The notes beneath the pieces are model-generated. The model saw nothing but the letters and a program-made list of their open reading frames with translations, was not told the DNA's origin and searched no databases. From the human T2T-CHM13v2.0 reference genome, Homo sapiens: a stretch of 64,000 nt of DNA. The position numbers were made by a program, and so were the translations under genes. Within the stretch, counting starts at the first letter, position 1. The number at the start of each line of letters is the position of its first letter. The stretch lies in NCBI RefSeq assembly GCF_009914755.1, contig NC_060935.1. One strand, given 5' to 3'. Below, piece after piece: positions 40,603-53,859 of the stretch.

Positions 40603-41145
40603 CTGTTCCAAACAAAAAGGCAGATACAACAAAACGTAACAGGTGAGACATCAAATGACACTTGAAGCAGCCAGAATTTGGGGAACTGGCAAAGGGAAAA
40701 CTTTAAGGAGGCTGTGTGCTATGCAATTCAAACAACCAGGCCTGAATCTTGGTGATGCTACTTCCATGGGACCGTGGATGCTCCTCCCATGGGCCATGGG
40801 ACCTTCCCAGACTGCAGCTCTCTCCTTTTTATAAAATGTTATATGCTGTCTGAAGGGACTTTTGCACAGGCTGGTTTTTGTGGGAGTGCAATTTCAGTGT
40901 TCATTTCCTTCCTGGTTCTGCGGCAGAAGGCAAGGAGGAACATGATAGAAGGGAACTTGCTTCTTCTTTTGTCCTCCCTCATCACATTCTGTAAGATACT
41001 AGTTTAGAGTCGTGCCATGCATTCATCTCACCCCCACTCAACCTTAAGTTCCACCAGAACTGTGGTGCATCTACATGATTATGTCTTACCCATGGTCCCA
41101 AATGCTTATAGCTCCTTTTTGGCAACATTGTCCTCATTACCTAGG

Positions 41146-41865
41146 ACAGTGGATCTCAGCCCTTGCTGAACACTGGAATCACTGGGGGAGCTTTAAAAAG
41201 TACCGATGCCTGAGTTCCACCCCAAGTGATTCTGATATAATTGGTCTGGGATGGGGCCTGGGCATTGGGATTCTTAAACACTCTCCTGAGTGATTCGAAT
41301 ATGCAGCCAGGATTGAGAAGCACTGCCCTAAAACAGGGGCTCTCAAACTTTAGCATGCATCAGAATCAGCCAGAGGGCAAATACACAGATTTGCTGGGCC
41401 CCATCCCTGGAGGTTCTTGTGGTGCAGATCTGGGGTGGGACCCAAGATTTTGCGTTTCTAATGAATTCCCAGATACTGACACTTTCGGTCTGAGGATCAC
41501 ATTTTGAGAGCCGCTACTTCAAAACCATGTTTCTCAATGCTGGATGTGCATTAAAAACACCTAAGGAGTTTGTTTGTTTTAATTAAGTAGTAATACCTGA
41601 ATATTACCAATTAAATCACAGTCTCTAAGGGGTAGGACCCAGACATTTATATTCATTTTTAAAACTCCCCAACAGTTCTCGTTCATAGCCAGGGTTAATA
41701 ATTTCTTCTCCAGAACAATAGACCTCAAACCCTAGTGTGCACAAGAATCACCCCAGAGCTTGACAAAAATGCAGAATTCTGGGCAGCAGAGTGTCCAATT
41801 CAATAGAACCCTCCAGGTCTGTGCTTTTATCAAGCTCCCAGGTGATTCTGAAGTATGCGGCATCC
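41146..41865. mobile_element. Tandem array of about four MER5-family (hAT-Charlie) MITEs
   Basis: Repeated cagtg..tctca..ct...gaatcacc...ggtctggggtgggg...gattct..atgcagcc...ttgagaa units of ~180 bp. Confidence 0.7.
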
Positions 41866-44800
41866 CCAATTACAACTTTAAAAACTGTCCCAGAAGCTGA
41901 TTTTGGAAACAGCCTGAACAGAAAAGTCCTGATCTCAGGTTCAAACAGTCAGGAAGAGTCCAGATTCCAGTAACCCCGAAGCCACTGACGGCACATCCCT
42001 CACTGAAGACAAAAGCCTTTTTGGGGCTGACTGCAACCTTTTCTATCTACAAAGGCTCCACGAGTGACAGCAGGTACCCTCATCTTCCTGGCTGTGCTTC
42101 ACCGCAGCATAAAGACAACTTAAAGTGTCAACAACAGTGAACCCCACACCCCACCCTTCTGACTCAGCTAAGGTATAGGGTTCTGAAGAGCAGAACTTCA
42201 ATGCCAAGAATACAATTCAACGAACACGACTTTAGAGTGGGCAAAGCGTGTGATGCATGGACGAAAGAAGGCAGGTGTGAAGTCAGTTGCTGCGTACATG
42301 TCCCAGCAGTGTAACTTTGCAGAAGTTACTTTATTTCTCTGACACCTGGGTTCCTGGTTATAAAAAAGGGATAATAATTCATATTGCTCAAGTTGCTGAG
42401 AGGATTCAATGAGATAAATGAACATCAAGTGCCCAAATACTGCCAAGGCAGGAACAGATGCTTAATCAATGTGAGTCCTTTTCACCCTGGCACCATCAAG
42501 TAAAATGCCAGCAAAGTAAACATTTCCAAAAAAGCACACTAATGTAAGTGGGTCCCAAGAGCAGAGTGTCCCGTTGTATGATTACTTGGCACCCCAGCAG
42601 GAACGCTCACTTCAGGAAGGTAAAGCTTCTCAACGTGGGCCCACAAGCACCCCTGATTCTGGAAGCTGAGCATCAGCTGATTGGGGGGCAGGGGAAGATG
42701 GGCTCTGGATCCTTAAGTCCTTGGCCTCTCGAACAGGGACATGGGGGACACCAAGTCAACGTGGCACATGGAGGGGAGAGGTCAGCAGATCAGATGCCAA
42801 GCAGGGAGACTCCTCTCCAGAGAGGCTTATATCCTTACCTCACCCCCCTCCAAGGAACCAGGGGGGACCTCTCATAAGCAGCTGGTCCCAGAGGGGCTGT
42901 GCTTATCTCCATTTCCATGCCCAGAATGGTCTACAGGCCTATTCAACCATGTCCAGAGAGACCCCTGACTCAGGGACATTTTGTCCAGCATGTCATAGAA
43001 TCTAAGGACCAATAAGCCTTGGGGTTTTCCTAATCCAACCATTCATCCCACTCAGTTTCATTGAGCCTCAGTTGTACCCTAGTGACGGGAAGTCCACCAC
43101 CACCTGAGGTGGCCCTTTTAGAAAAGTCTTTCTTCTACTAAGCTGCAACCTATCTACTTGTAGCTGCCATCCACGTGTCTTAATTCCTCCTTAGGGCCAC
43201 AGAAAACACATGGAGACATACCAGAGTTTTACAGGCTGTCTCTATGCCTCTCCTGAATCGCCCCTAACTCCTTCAATCATTCCGCACTGTAGCTGTACCA
43301 GCTGCTGTTGTGCTTCCTTTCTCCACCCAGTGTGTCCCATTAGGGAACTCCTCCCTCACTGCATGGAATACTGAGTAGGGAAGAAGTGAATCTGGGCTTG
43401 CAGGCAGCCACCTTCCCTGCCCGTGTGGAGGCAGCCCTTGTTCCACAGGAAAGAAGAAGTCTGACACACACGGAAAGTAGAAGAGTGACAATGTGGCTGA
43501 GCCCCGGGAATGGGGCCCCTGGCTACACGAATTAGTATATTCCCTTTTCGACTTAGCATGTTGCTTTGGGTTTTAGATACTTACAAACAAAAGCATCCCA
43601 CCTAACACACCCAGTGGTTCTGCAAGCCGTCAATACCTCTCCCCTGATTCCAGCCCTTCCTTCATCTGGATCTTGAAGTGGGACTCTCATCTTGGAACCC
43701 TAAACCCAAGCTGAGTCTGAGCAGGGCAGAGCAGGCCTACTGCCTCCTGATCTGGGCCTGCCCCTCTGAGGGAAGCCGGGGGGTGCCAGCCTTTCTGGCA
43801 GCCATGTCAGACTGATGACACACACTTGGCACAAAACCCAGCTTGTTTCTCGCATGTGGCTGCTGGTGAGCCAAGCCTCTTCCAGGCTGCTGGTGCAGTT
43901 CAGCTGGTTCCTGGAGAGGAACTTAGCAACCGGGGTAGCAGCTATAAGACCAGGGGAATACTGGTATCAACACAGTTGTTTTCCATGACAAACAATGACA
44001 ACTTCCAGAAAGTCCAATAACTAGATAACGTTCTAATCATGTGCAGCTCTTAGGTAGTAAAACACACCAAGGATGTAACTTGCCTCTCTCTATCCCATCA
44101 AATATATTTCTTGGCATAACAATCCAAGCTCAGCTCCACAAAAACATAAGGCCTTTGGGTACACAGTGGTAGAGCACCATTTTAAGAGAGGATGTGGGGC
44201 AAGGTGATGAAGGGCTTTAGGGTGAGAGCCGCACCCAAATACTGACACCCGCTAGCTGCTGTGTAGGCTTGGGAAACTCATTAGCCTTTCGGAGTCACGG
44301 TCCATTAAAAGATGATACCACCACTTCCCTTACAGGGCCACTTTGGAGGTAAAATAACTTAATAGAAGTAAAATGCAGTGACTGGCACACATTATAACCC
44401 CCTATTGTTATTAAGCTTCTGTTGGAGTCGACACTCAGGGACTCTTAGTTCTGCTGTGCCATTCTGTGGCTCAGTTTCTCCCTCTTTAATCCCGCATAGC
44501 TCAAATTCTATGATCTTGAAATAAAACAAACCTGAGGCCAAGCATCACTCCAGGACCAACTGTGAGTTTCCACTGTCACATACAAACAGGAACCAGAAGG
44601 CAGCTATTTCTCACTGCTCTTGCTCAGGTGCATTTAGTTCCCTCTGGCCCCGTGCACTAAACACTCTGGTATACCTGTGTTTTATACTCACCTGTGCTGC
44701 TGGCATGCCAGGCCTCTCCCATAGGCCCAGGTGCACTATGGATGCTCTACAGGTATGTCTGAGTGGACTGTTGGGCCCTGGGTCAGGGGTGACAAGAACT

Positions 44801-46494
44801 ATGCAGGCAGCTGCTGACTGGCTGTCAGGGAGGCTGAGGAACGGGGATATGGTGCTGCGCAGGGCAGGTGGAGGCTGGGGGCTGCTCGATCTCTCTCCAT
44901 AGGCATGGTGGGAACAACCCTGTCTGTCCCCACAGGCTGCAGGAGGATGGGCTGGGCTGCCACATTTGGTCCATACAGCTATGCTTGAGCATTTTGAATC
45001 CTGAGGAATTACCACCATACTTAGAGCAGTCACTCAAGCTCTGTGTGACCTGACTGTCAAGTGAGTTAGACAGTCCTGGCCTTGAGAGAAAGCTCCTTGT
45101 TCTCCTCACATGCTAAAGCCAGGTCTTTTTGCTCATAGCATCCACCTTCCTTCCTAAAGCCTAGGATAGAGTCAACAGCCTGCATGACCTAGTGCCACCT
45201 CCCCTCTGCTGCCCTGGCCACAACCACTGTGCCCTGGCTCTCCTTGGCTCTCACTGATCCTTCCCTTTAAATCTCAACCAGCCCCAGCACCCCTGACTCT
45301 TCAAAGCTTCAAACACATGCCACCTCCTCCCAGAAGCCTCTCCAGTGTTGTAACCCACAGAGATTCTCACCATCTCAGCTCTGAGAACCAGGCCAAACAG
45401 ATCTTTGTCTAGTCATTGTAGAGGAGTCTGTTATTTGGGGATAATTTCTTTCACCAACCCAAGACTATCTGGAAGTATCTCAAGACCAGACAGACTCAAA
45501 TTTTTTTCTGCATCTCCCCATGTCATCTGGGTAACACAGCAAGTGTTCAACAGACACAGAATTGCACTGGTTGATTTCTAATCAAAAGCCCTGATCTCCT
45601 TTCATTGTGGGGAGACCCCCTTTCCATCTTCTTCCTTAGGACCTGATGTTCATACACCTGCTTCTATGAGGCTGGATGAAGATCCCCAAGTTAAAAATAT
45701 CCCAAGCCAGGTACACTGGAGACTGTAGGGAGGCACGCCACCCCTCGTGGCAGTCACCTGAGTGTCCCATGGCCCCTCACCCACCTTTTCAGACCCACAG
45801 CTGACTAAAGGTCACATTCCTCCAGTCTATTTCATGGCTCAGGCGTAAGAAGTGCTTTTCACAGTGGGAGCTTTCAGAGGACTGTGGGCAGGGAACAATA
45901 GGCCTCTCTTCCAGGCAGAATGCCTCCTGCCTTCTCTACAGGAGCTTTCTTGGCTCTCTCTGTGCTGAGAAAGCTAATTTAGAGCCTGAAGCCTTATCAC
46001 CTACAGGGAGGGGCCCAGCCTTCACCTCCTAAACCGAGATGGGAGACTACCGGTGAGCCTCAAAGCCATGCGATTCCATGTGGAGCCTGCTCCCCTAGCA
46101 ACAGAACCAAAGAACCCACCACACCACTTGTGGCTGAAAACCCACATTAGTGAACCAAACATACACCCCTGCCCCCACTGGAGACTCCGAAGAAGCGACT
46201 GGTTGCTTTTGGAGGGACCTTTTTGTTCTGACCAAGAGAAGGAAGAGATCAAGGTCTCAAGCCCTCATTCTGTAAGCCAGGGACCTCACAACAAAATTCA
46301 CAAGAAACTGAAAAAAGGCAGAGTTTTAGTCTGTAAGAAATAAAATTCTTCTGATTCAAGATGGGAGACATATTGATTTAGAATTCAGATTGGATAAGAC
46401 CTGTCTGGCCTTTGGCTTTGGGCTTGGCTCCAGTGAGGTGACACTCTCAGAAAGGTGAGTATGCAAGGAAGGCAGGAACCCTGATGTCACTTAC

Positions 46495-46548
46495 CTTTAG
46501 ATCCAGGTACTCCAGGTCTTTCTTCAGCTGGAGGTAGGTATCATCAGC
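46495..46548 (-). CDS. PLEKHA7: PLEKHA7 coding exon ADDTYLQLKKDLEYLDLK
   Basis: gaAG|GCT acceptor, AAG|GTAAGT donor; 54 nt, phase 0/0. Confidence 0.95.
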
Positions 46549-48556
46549 CTTCAAATGAAGCAGAGAGGAAAAAACACAGTTATGAACACCAAGAGTTTCC
46601 ATAACTCGAGGTTTCACATGTGAATTATTTACATCGTGCAGCTTTGGGAACAAGGAACCACAGCAGACCAACACATCAGGGGCCACAGAGGAAGCACAAA
46701 TGTCTCGGTGCAGCTGAGAGCCGTCTTTCAGCAGGGCGGATCTTGCAGGTCACTGTGGGGAAAGTCAGCTTGTCCCCCACTGGCTAGGGGAAGAGTTTGG
46801 CAGGGAGGATCCTACCCCAGGGCTAGGGTAGCTGAGGCAGTGCTGTGCTCCCAAGATAGACCTGGGAGGTCCACCTGGAGGAGCATATGCCACACCTGAG
46901 CTAGAGCGCATCAGTCATCATCACTCCAATTCCATCCATCAAACCTTTGGTCTGGATCACTTCACATGCATGAAGATGAAGCTCACTGGTGTGGGTGGAT
47001 GCCTTGAAGAGGCAGGGAGATGGCCTGGGTGACCCAGGAGGTCCCAATACGACCTTGGTTTCCAGAATGATAACCACCAGCAACTGCTGGAAATTTCCTG
47101 CAAGTTTGGTTCTTTTTGCTCACCATGGAGCCAATGTAGCCATGTCAGGAGCTACCTGAGGCAGGTGCAAGGTCAGACCTATCTGCTTGTGGCATCTCTG
47201 ACAATCTATCAAGTTCTTCAGTATAATTACCAGAAACAGTGAAAATAAGAAAAAGACTCTTTGATTTCCCAAAACTCATGCTTTCCCGTGTAGCAGATCA
47301 CAGAAGCTAACTGTGAGGCAGAGGAGCTGTGAAAGCTGTGAAAGAAAAATAATCCAGGCACCATCTTCTCAGCAGACTAAGAGGGTCACAGCCAAGCAAG
47401 CTAGGGCCGAGGCAGGTGGCCTTTGCTTACAGCTCTGAGGTAAGACAGTCACACAGACAAACCACACGAAGAGTTGAGGCAGGGCTCTTATGCATGGGAA
47501 TGCCTGAAGGACAACTGTCAGGGGCACTAGTGGCTTGCAAGGTCTTGTGTCCCTAAACTAACTTCTTACCCATCTATACTTCCCAAACAGCTCAGTCCCT
47601 ACACACTTGCCATAGGAGTAAGACAGAACAGAAGAAGGTTATTCAAGATCACTTAGATTCACAACTGATGATAGTTTTTCACTGACATTCATTTTTCTGA
47701 ATACATTTCCTAAATCTCTCAAAACTCACTAAAACAGAACAAGGAAGGAAGGTAACAGTCCTGTCACCTTCCTCATCTGTCCCCTGCCTACCTCTGTACA
47801 GCCTGGAGGACCAGCCTCGTTGGCTGAACCTATTTTTGCCTGAGGACAACCCCAGGGAGGGATCCTTTTCTTTAATCCTTCTGCTCAAGATACCCGGGAG
47901 GGCAGCCCCCTAGCCAGTCCTTGAGAAGCTTGCCTGCAAAGCCCAACGTTCTTGCAACAGTTTAGAACATTGTGTCATGCAGGCCTTGGATTTTGGCTGC
48001 AGCCTGCATGCTTCTAGCTGAGGGATCCTGAGCAAGTCACTTCCCCTTCTGGTTCCACTTGCCTTGTGTGTGATCCTTACTCCTCTCCTACCTAACCTCT
48101 TCCAGCTTACTGTGAGGTTCAGCAAGATATGAGATGAGAAGACACTCTGTGAGGCAGCAGGGCACCATCCAGATAAGAGAGGGCGCCCTGCATCTCCCTC
48201 CAGGCTGACGCATATGTGCCTTTCCACATCCCAAGCAGTGGCCACGGGGGCAACAAGGCTGTCAGCCAGCACAGCCCTTTGAACATGACCATACACCAGC
48301 CTGGCAGTCACTACTTACAGCCAGAGAAGCGACAGTTTAGGGCCCCTACACCACATGCAGCCCCCCTCCCCAGTGCCAGAAGGGTAGGCTCAGCTTCCAC
48401 CACCACAGAGTGTCTGGCAGTAGCATCCAGAAGCAAACAGGCAGCGAACACGCGAGAGCCAGAAAGCACAGACAGACCAGAGCATGGGCACGAGCGAACG
48501 CGAGCCAGCATGTCACTCCCTGCCCCCGGCCCTGAGAGGAGCCCACCAGTGCTGAC

Positions 48557-48676
48557 CTGGCAGGTGGGAAAGGTCAGCTGGTGCTGCAGTAACTGGCTGA
48601 TGGCGAAATTTCGCACACTGGCCAACTTGGCCTGGTGCCGCCTTAACCGGGTGAGAAGCAACGAGAGCTCCTCCAG
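48557..48676 (-). CDS. PLEKHA7: Putative PLEKHA7 cassette exon LEELSLLLTRLRRHQAKLASVRNFAISQLLQHQLTFPTCQ
   Basis: Branch-like TGCTAAC, ctgcAG| acceptor, CAG|GTCAGC donor; 120 nt, phase 0/0, no stop; helical peptide resembles the recalled PLEKHA5 long-isoform segment (PEELTLLLIKLRRQQAEL...). Confidence 0.8.
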
Positions 48677-48907
48677 CTGCAGATGTGTAGACACAGCACA
48701 AGGAAGTTAGCACCGCAGGAGCACACTGCTAGAATTACGCTCTTCACCCCGGTGTCAGTGCCAGGACAGCACTGATGTGACACCGTTAAGCAATTACTGT
48801 GTCAATTCTGTCATTAGGACAAATAAAGGCACTGGCAGTAAAAGGGCTTCAGGAAGTTTTTTTCAGGAAAGCAACAACCAACAGTGCAACCTCACCCAGA
48901 CTCAAGC

Positions 48908-49197
48908 TTTTTTTTTCTTCTGCTTTGAGACAGTCTTGCTTTGTCACCCAGGCTGGAGTGCAGCAGCGTGATCTCGGCTCACTGCAAACTCCACCTCCTG
49001 AGTTCTCGTATCTCAGCCTTCCGAATAGCTGGGATCACAGGAGTGTACCACCACACCCAGATAGTTTTTGTATTTTTAGTAGAGACGGGGTTTCGCCATG
49101 TTTGCTAGGCTGGTCTTGAACTCCTGGCCTCAAATGATCCACCCACCTCGGCCTCCCAAAGTGGTAGGATTACAAGTATGAACAACCACACCTGGTC
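48908..49197 (-). mobile_element. AluS with small internal deletion
   Basis: Dimer, TSD cagactc(a/g)agcttt. Confidence 0.9.
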
Positions 49198-49559
49198 TCA
49201 GACTCGAGCTTTGAAGATTGAGTTAACTAGTTAACTAATCAAAGATCAGGGAAGAAAGGAGAGGCACTGCCTGTGGAAAAAGGTGGGTAGCTGAAAAATG
49301 TTTCTGGCAAAATTCATCTTGAAAGAGGAGATAAGCCTAATATTCCCCTACATTTCCCTGATACGCTCTTCCCCTTCACTGGGGACCCAGTGACAGCCAG
49401 GTGACCCTAAGCAAGTCATTCAACTTCTCTGAGCCTCAGTTTCCTCATCTCTAATATGGGGGTTAATAGCTGCCCTCTGGACTGCATTGTACTAACTCAG
49501 AGGAAGGAAAATGTTGATGAGATAGGGCTTTGCAGGCTATGTCTTGTCATTCACCCTAC

Positions 49560-49646
49560 CGATTTTCCATGTAAACTGGGAGCGCTGACGGTGTGGGTCA
49601 TGTAACCCATGGAGGGCATGGAGCGTCGGTCCACATGAGATGAGTT
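49560..49646 (-). CDS. PLEKHA7: PLEKHA7 coding exon NSSHVDRRSMPSMGYMTHTVSAPSLHGKS
   Basis: gcAG|AAC acceptor, TCG|GTAGG donor; 87 nt, phase 0/0. Confidence 0.95.
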
Positions 49647-50181
49647 CTGCAAGTGGGGAGACAAGAAGTCACACTGGAGCCCAAACCTCTGCCACTCACT
49701 CCCAGGGAAGCCGCCCCATGCCATGTCCCCTCTGAGCCCCAGACTTCTCATCTATGAAATGAGCACACACATCTTACTCTCAGGGTTAGAACACTAAACT
49801 GTGAAAGCCTCTTGGAAAGTGAAAACTTAAGCTGGATTGTTATAATTTAACTGACTGGACACAGATGTCTTTTCCTGCCTTTCAAGATGCAAGGAAGCTG
49901 ACTTGTAGTTGTGTGACCCTGTGCAAGTTACTTTGTCTCTCAGCGCCTCAGAGTTCTCATCTTTGAAATGGGCATAAACATAGCACCTACCTCACAGGGT
50001 TGTGGTGAGAATTTAAAGCGAAGCCCTTGGGAACTGTGCCTGGCATCTATTATTAAAATGTACTGCCTAAGTATTAGCTATCATTATTATCCCAAATTAC
50101 TCAAATTTGTGTTCAAACCAGGCAAAGCTCCTGGCGCCCTCATGATGACCCAGCAGCCTGGCAGAGCTTCCCGAGCCTCAC

Positions 50182-50704
50182 CTTGACAGCGTGGCCCCGT
50201 GCCCTCCTTGGAGAATCCCCCAGCGAGATGTCCACACTCCTCCTCTGGTCCGGTGGCTTCACTGTGACTCGCTCTGCTGGTGTGTGTGGCCGCCGGGGTG
50301 GGAAGACCCTTGGGGGTCCTGGGGGAGGGATGTCCGAGGGAGATGGAGGCACAGAGATGGAGCGGGGCACCTCTAGCATGCTCCTGCTCCGGCCCTGGTC
50401 GGTGAACTCTGGGGAGCCAAGGCAGATGGGCGCTGTGGGGCTGCCGTGCCGGAACTGCTGGCGCTGCTGCCACTCGTAGAGCTGCCACACGGTGCCATCC
50501 CGGTGCGCCCGGCGCTCTTCACTCGACATCTTCAGGTGGCTGGCTCGGTCCTGCGCATACTTGTAGTCACTTGGCAGGTTTCGGGGAGGTGGCGAGGAGC
50601 CCCCCGAGGGGTGTCGGGTGCTCTTGGGAAGAGTCTGGTAGTTTTCTGGGAAGGACAGGGATTGGCCAGGACCCTGGCGAGGAAGCGTCTGGTCCAAGGG
50701 AAGA
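50182..50704 (-). CDS. PLEKHA7: PLEKHA7 coding exon (S)LPLDQTLPRQ...RARGHAVK, Pro/Ser-rich
   Basis: ttctcctcAG|TCTT acceptor, AAG|GTGAG donor; 523 nt, phase 2/0; within ORF 50140..50844. Confidence 0.96.
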
Positions 50705-52137
50705 CTGAGGAGAAAGGGTAAGAACGGGTCAGGCAACCAAGCGAGGGTTCTGCAGGCTTTGGGGAACATATCTAAGTAAACCCACAAAGCTGGGCATGTG
50801 GGACAGTCCTGTAAGAACCTCAAAAGAATGATCAAGGCCGACATCCAGGACTTCAGTCACTTCCCCTTTTGGCAGACGACTCCAAAACCATTTTTCTCTG
50901 TCAACTTCCTCTGCCAGGACAACTTGGCTACCCCATGCCCATCACTTGGAGTGCAATGTGATTAAACCTGGCTTTTCCTTCTCTCTCCGCTGCCAGCAGT
51001 CAGCTCTTTCAATGGCTATGCATATTTATAGGAAAGGCCTCACAATTCTCCAAGTTACCAAGATTTTCTCTCTGCCTGGTATCCTTAGCACCAAGTTCCA
51101 GAGGTTCATAAAGGAAGTGGTTGGCATCAGTTCTCTTTTTTCTGGACTCTTCTAGTCCAGATACTGATTAATTATCTCCCTCCAGACAACTCTGAGATGC
51201 TCCTAATGGGTTTCCACTTTGTCCACAGTCAAGTGCTCTGATCATATCAGTTCCTTGCTGCAAAAACTTCCATGGCTCCTTGTCCCTTCTGAAATAAAGT
51301 CTAAACTCCTCAGCCTGGTACTCACAGCTCGCTAGCAGCTGACCTCAACACCCACCTTGCAGGCCTGCTGTTTTCTCACTGCTCTTCCTACGGGCCACGC
51401 CAAATGCCTAGGGCCCAAAACTGAAGGAAGTACTCCATCTCAGGGTCACCCCTACACCTGCTGGTGCCTGACAGTCAGCCTCACCCTAGTCCCGTCCCAG
51501 CCTCCTCCACACCTGAGCAACATCTTGCAACGGAAAAAGGAAAAAGGAGTCTAACCTGGGTTTGAAGCCAAGCTTGACACTTGCTGGCTTTGTGACCCTA
51601 GGCAGCTCACCTGACTGCTCTGACCTTCCGTTTCCTTACTTGTAACAGGAGGATAGTATTACCTGCCTCATAAGGCTCTTCTGAGGAATCAATGAGACAG
51701 GTTAGGAAATGCAACCCCCACATCTGATACACAGAAGGTCCTTCACTAACGTGTGTACCCTTCCTGCCCTTCTTACTCTTATAACACTGTTCTTCCCTCC
51801 CCCTGCCTGGATGGTCTCCCCTTGCTCTATTTACCCAAGTCTTACTCATTCTCTAGGATGCTGGCTCATGCCTTCCCCCACGTGGACCTTCTGTAGTGCC
51901 ACAGCCCTCAGTGATCCAACTCTGTTTGACCTCGTCATCACACTGCCTGTAACTTTTCCAAGGTCCTATATTGATGTGATCTTTTCATACTTCCAAGACA
52001 TGTTTTCCCAGGCCAAGGTGAAAAATTCTTGAAAGACAGGAACTGTGTTTCACACCGTGGTATTGTCCACAGTCTAAGAAAGTCCTGTGCGTAATTAGCC
52101 CTTCAATAAACACTCCAGCACACAAAACTGGATGTGA

Positions 52138-52784
<647 letters not shown>

Positions 52785-52991
52785 TCCAACTTATTTTCTG
52801 AGAAGGAAAAAAAATTAAGCAAGGGACAAAGTATGGAATTTTACTAAGCCTGAGAGGCAGCATGATGTTGTAAAAAGAGAACAAGTTTTAGAGTCAGACA
52901 GGCTTGAGGTCAATTCTGACTCTGCCTTCACCTATCAATTTTATCTAACATTTATTTGGTGCTGATATTGTGCCAGACATTGTTCCAAGCC

Positions 52992-53600
52992 AACACTACT
53001 CAAAGTGTGGCCTGTGTGCCACCAGCATCAGCACCACCTGGGGACTTGTTAGAAATGCACATTAATGAAATAAGCCAGGCATGGAAAGACAAATACCGTG
53101 TATGACCTCACTTATATGTGGGATCTAAAAAGGTCAAACTCATAGAAGAACAGAGTAGAGAGGTAGTTACCAGAGGTTTTGGGAGGGAGAGGAGAGATGG
53201 AAGAAGAGCTGTTGGTCAAAGGATGCAAAGTTTCAGTTAGGAGGAATAAGTTCTGGTGACCTACTGCACAGCATGGTGACAATGGTTAATAATAATGTAT
53301 ATTTCAAAATTACTAAAAGTAGATATTAAATGTTCTTACCACCAAAAAGGATAAGCAGGTAAGGTGATGAATGTCAATTGGTTTGATGTAATCATTTCAT
53401 AATGTATACATATATTAAAACATCACATCTACCCCATACATATAATTATTGTCAATTAAAAATAAGATATATTTTTAAAATGCTGGTTATCAGCCCCACC
53501 TCAGACCTACCTAATCAGAAACTCTGGGGATGGTGCCCAGGCATCAGTGTCTTAACAAGCCCTCCAGGAGATTCTAGTGCTCTGTAAGGTTTGAGAAACT
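52992..53600. mobile_element. MER5A split by an L1MA 3' fragment (~53064-53478)
   Basis: ctcaaagtgtgg...cttgttagaaatgca [L1: gaaataagccaggca...aattaaaataa] cagccccacctcagacctac...ttgagaaactg. Confidence 0.75.
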
Positions 53601-53840
53601 GTTCTAATTGTTTTAAAACTCAACTCATTTAATCACTTTAGCTATATGACCTCAGGCAAGTATCATCCAGGCCCTCTAAGTCTCACCTTCCTTATTACAA
53701 AATGGGGATAGTAAGAACCACTTAGAAAATTGCTGTGAGGATTTGAAATAGTTGTCATTCAAATAAAGCTATCTTTGCCATTACAGTAGATAATTTTAAG
53801 ATCTCTTCAACCTACTTGTCGTGCCTGCCAAGTGAGTCGG

Positions 53841-53859
53841 CCTGCCACTAGGTGGCAGG
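53841..53859 (+). promoter_or_regulatory. Palindromic CTCF motif CCTGCCAC-TAG-GTGGCAGG
   Basis: CCACTAGGTGGCAG core embedded in a perfect 8-bp inverted repeat. Confidence 0.6.
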
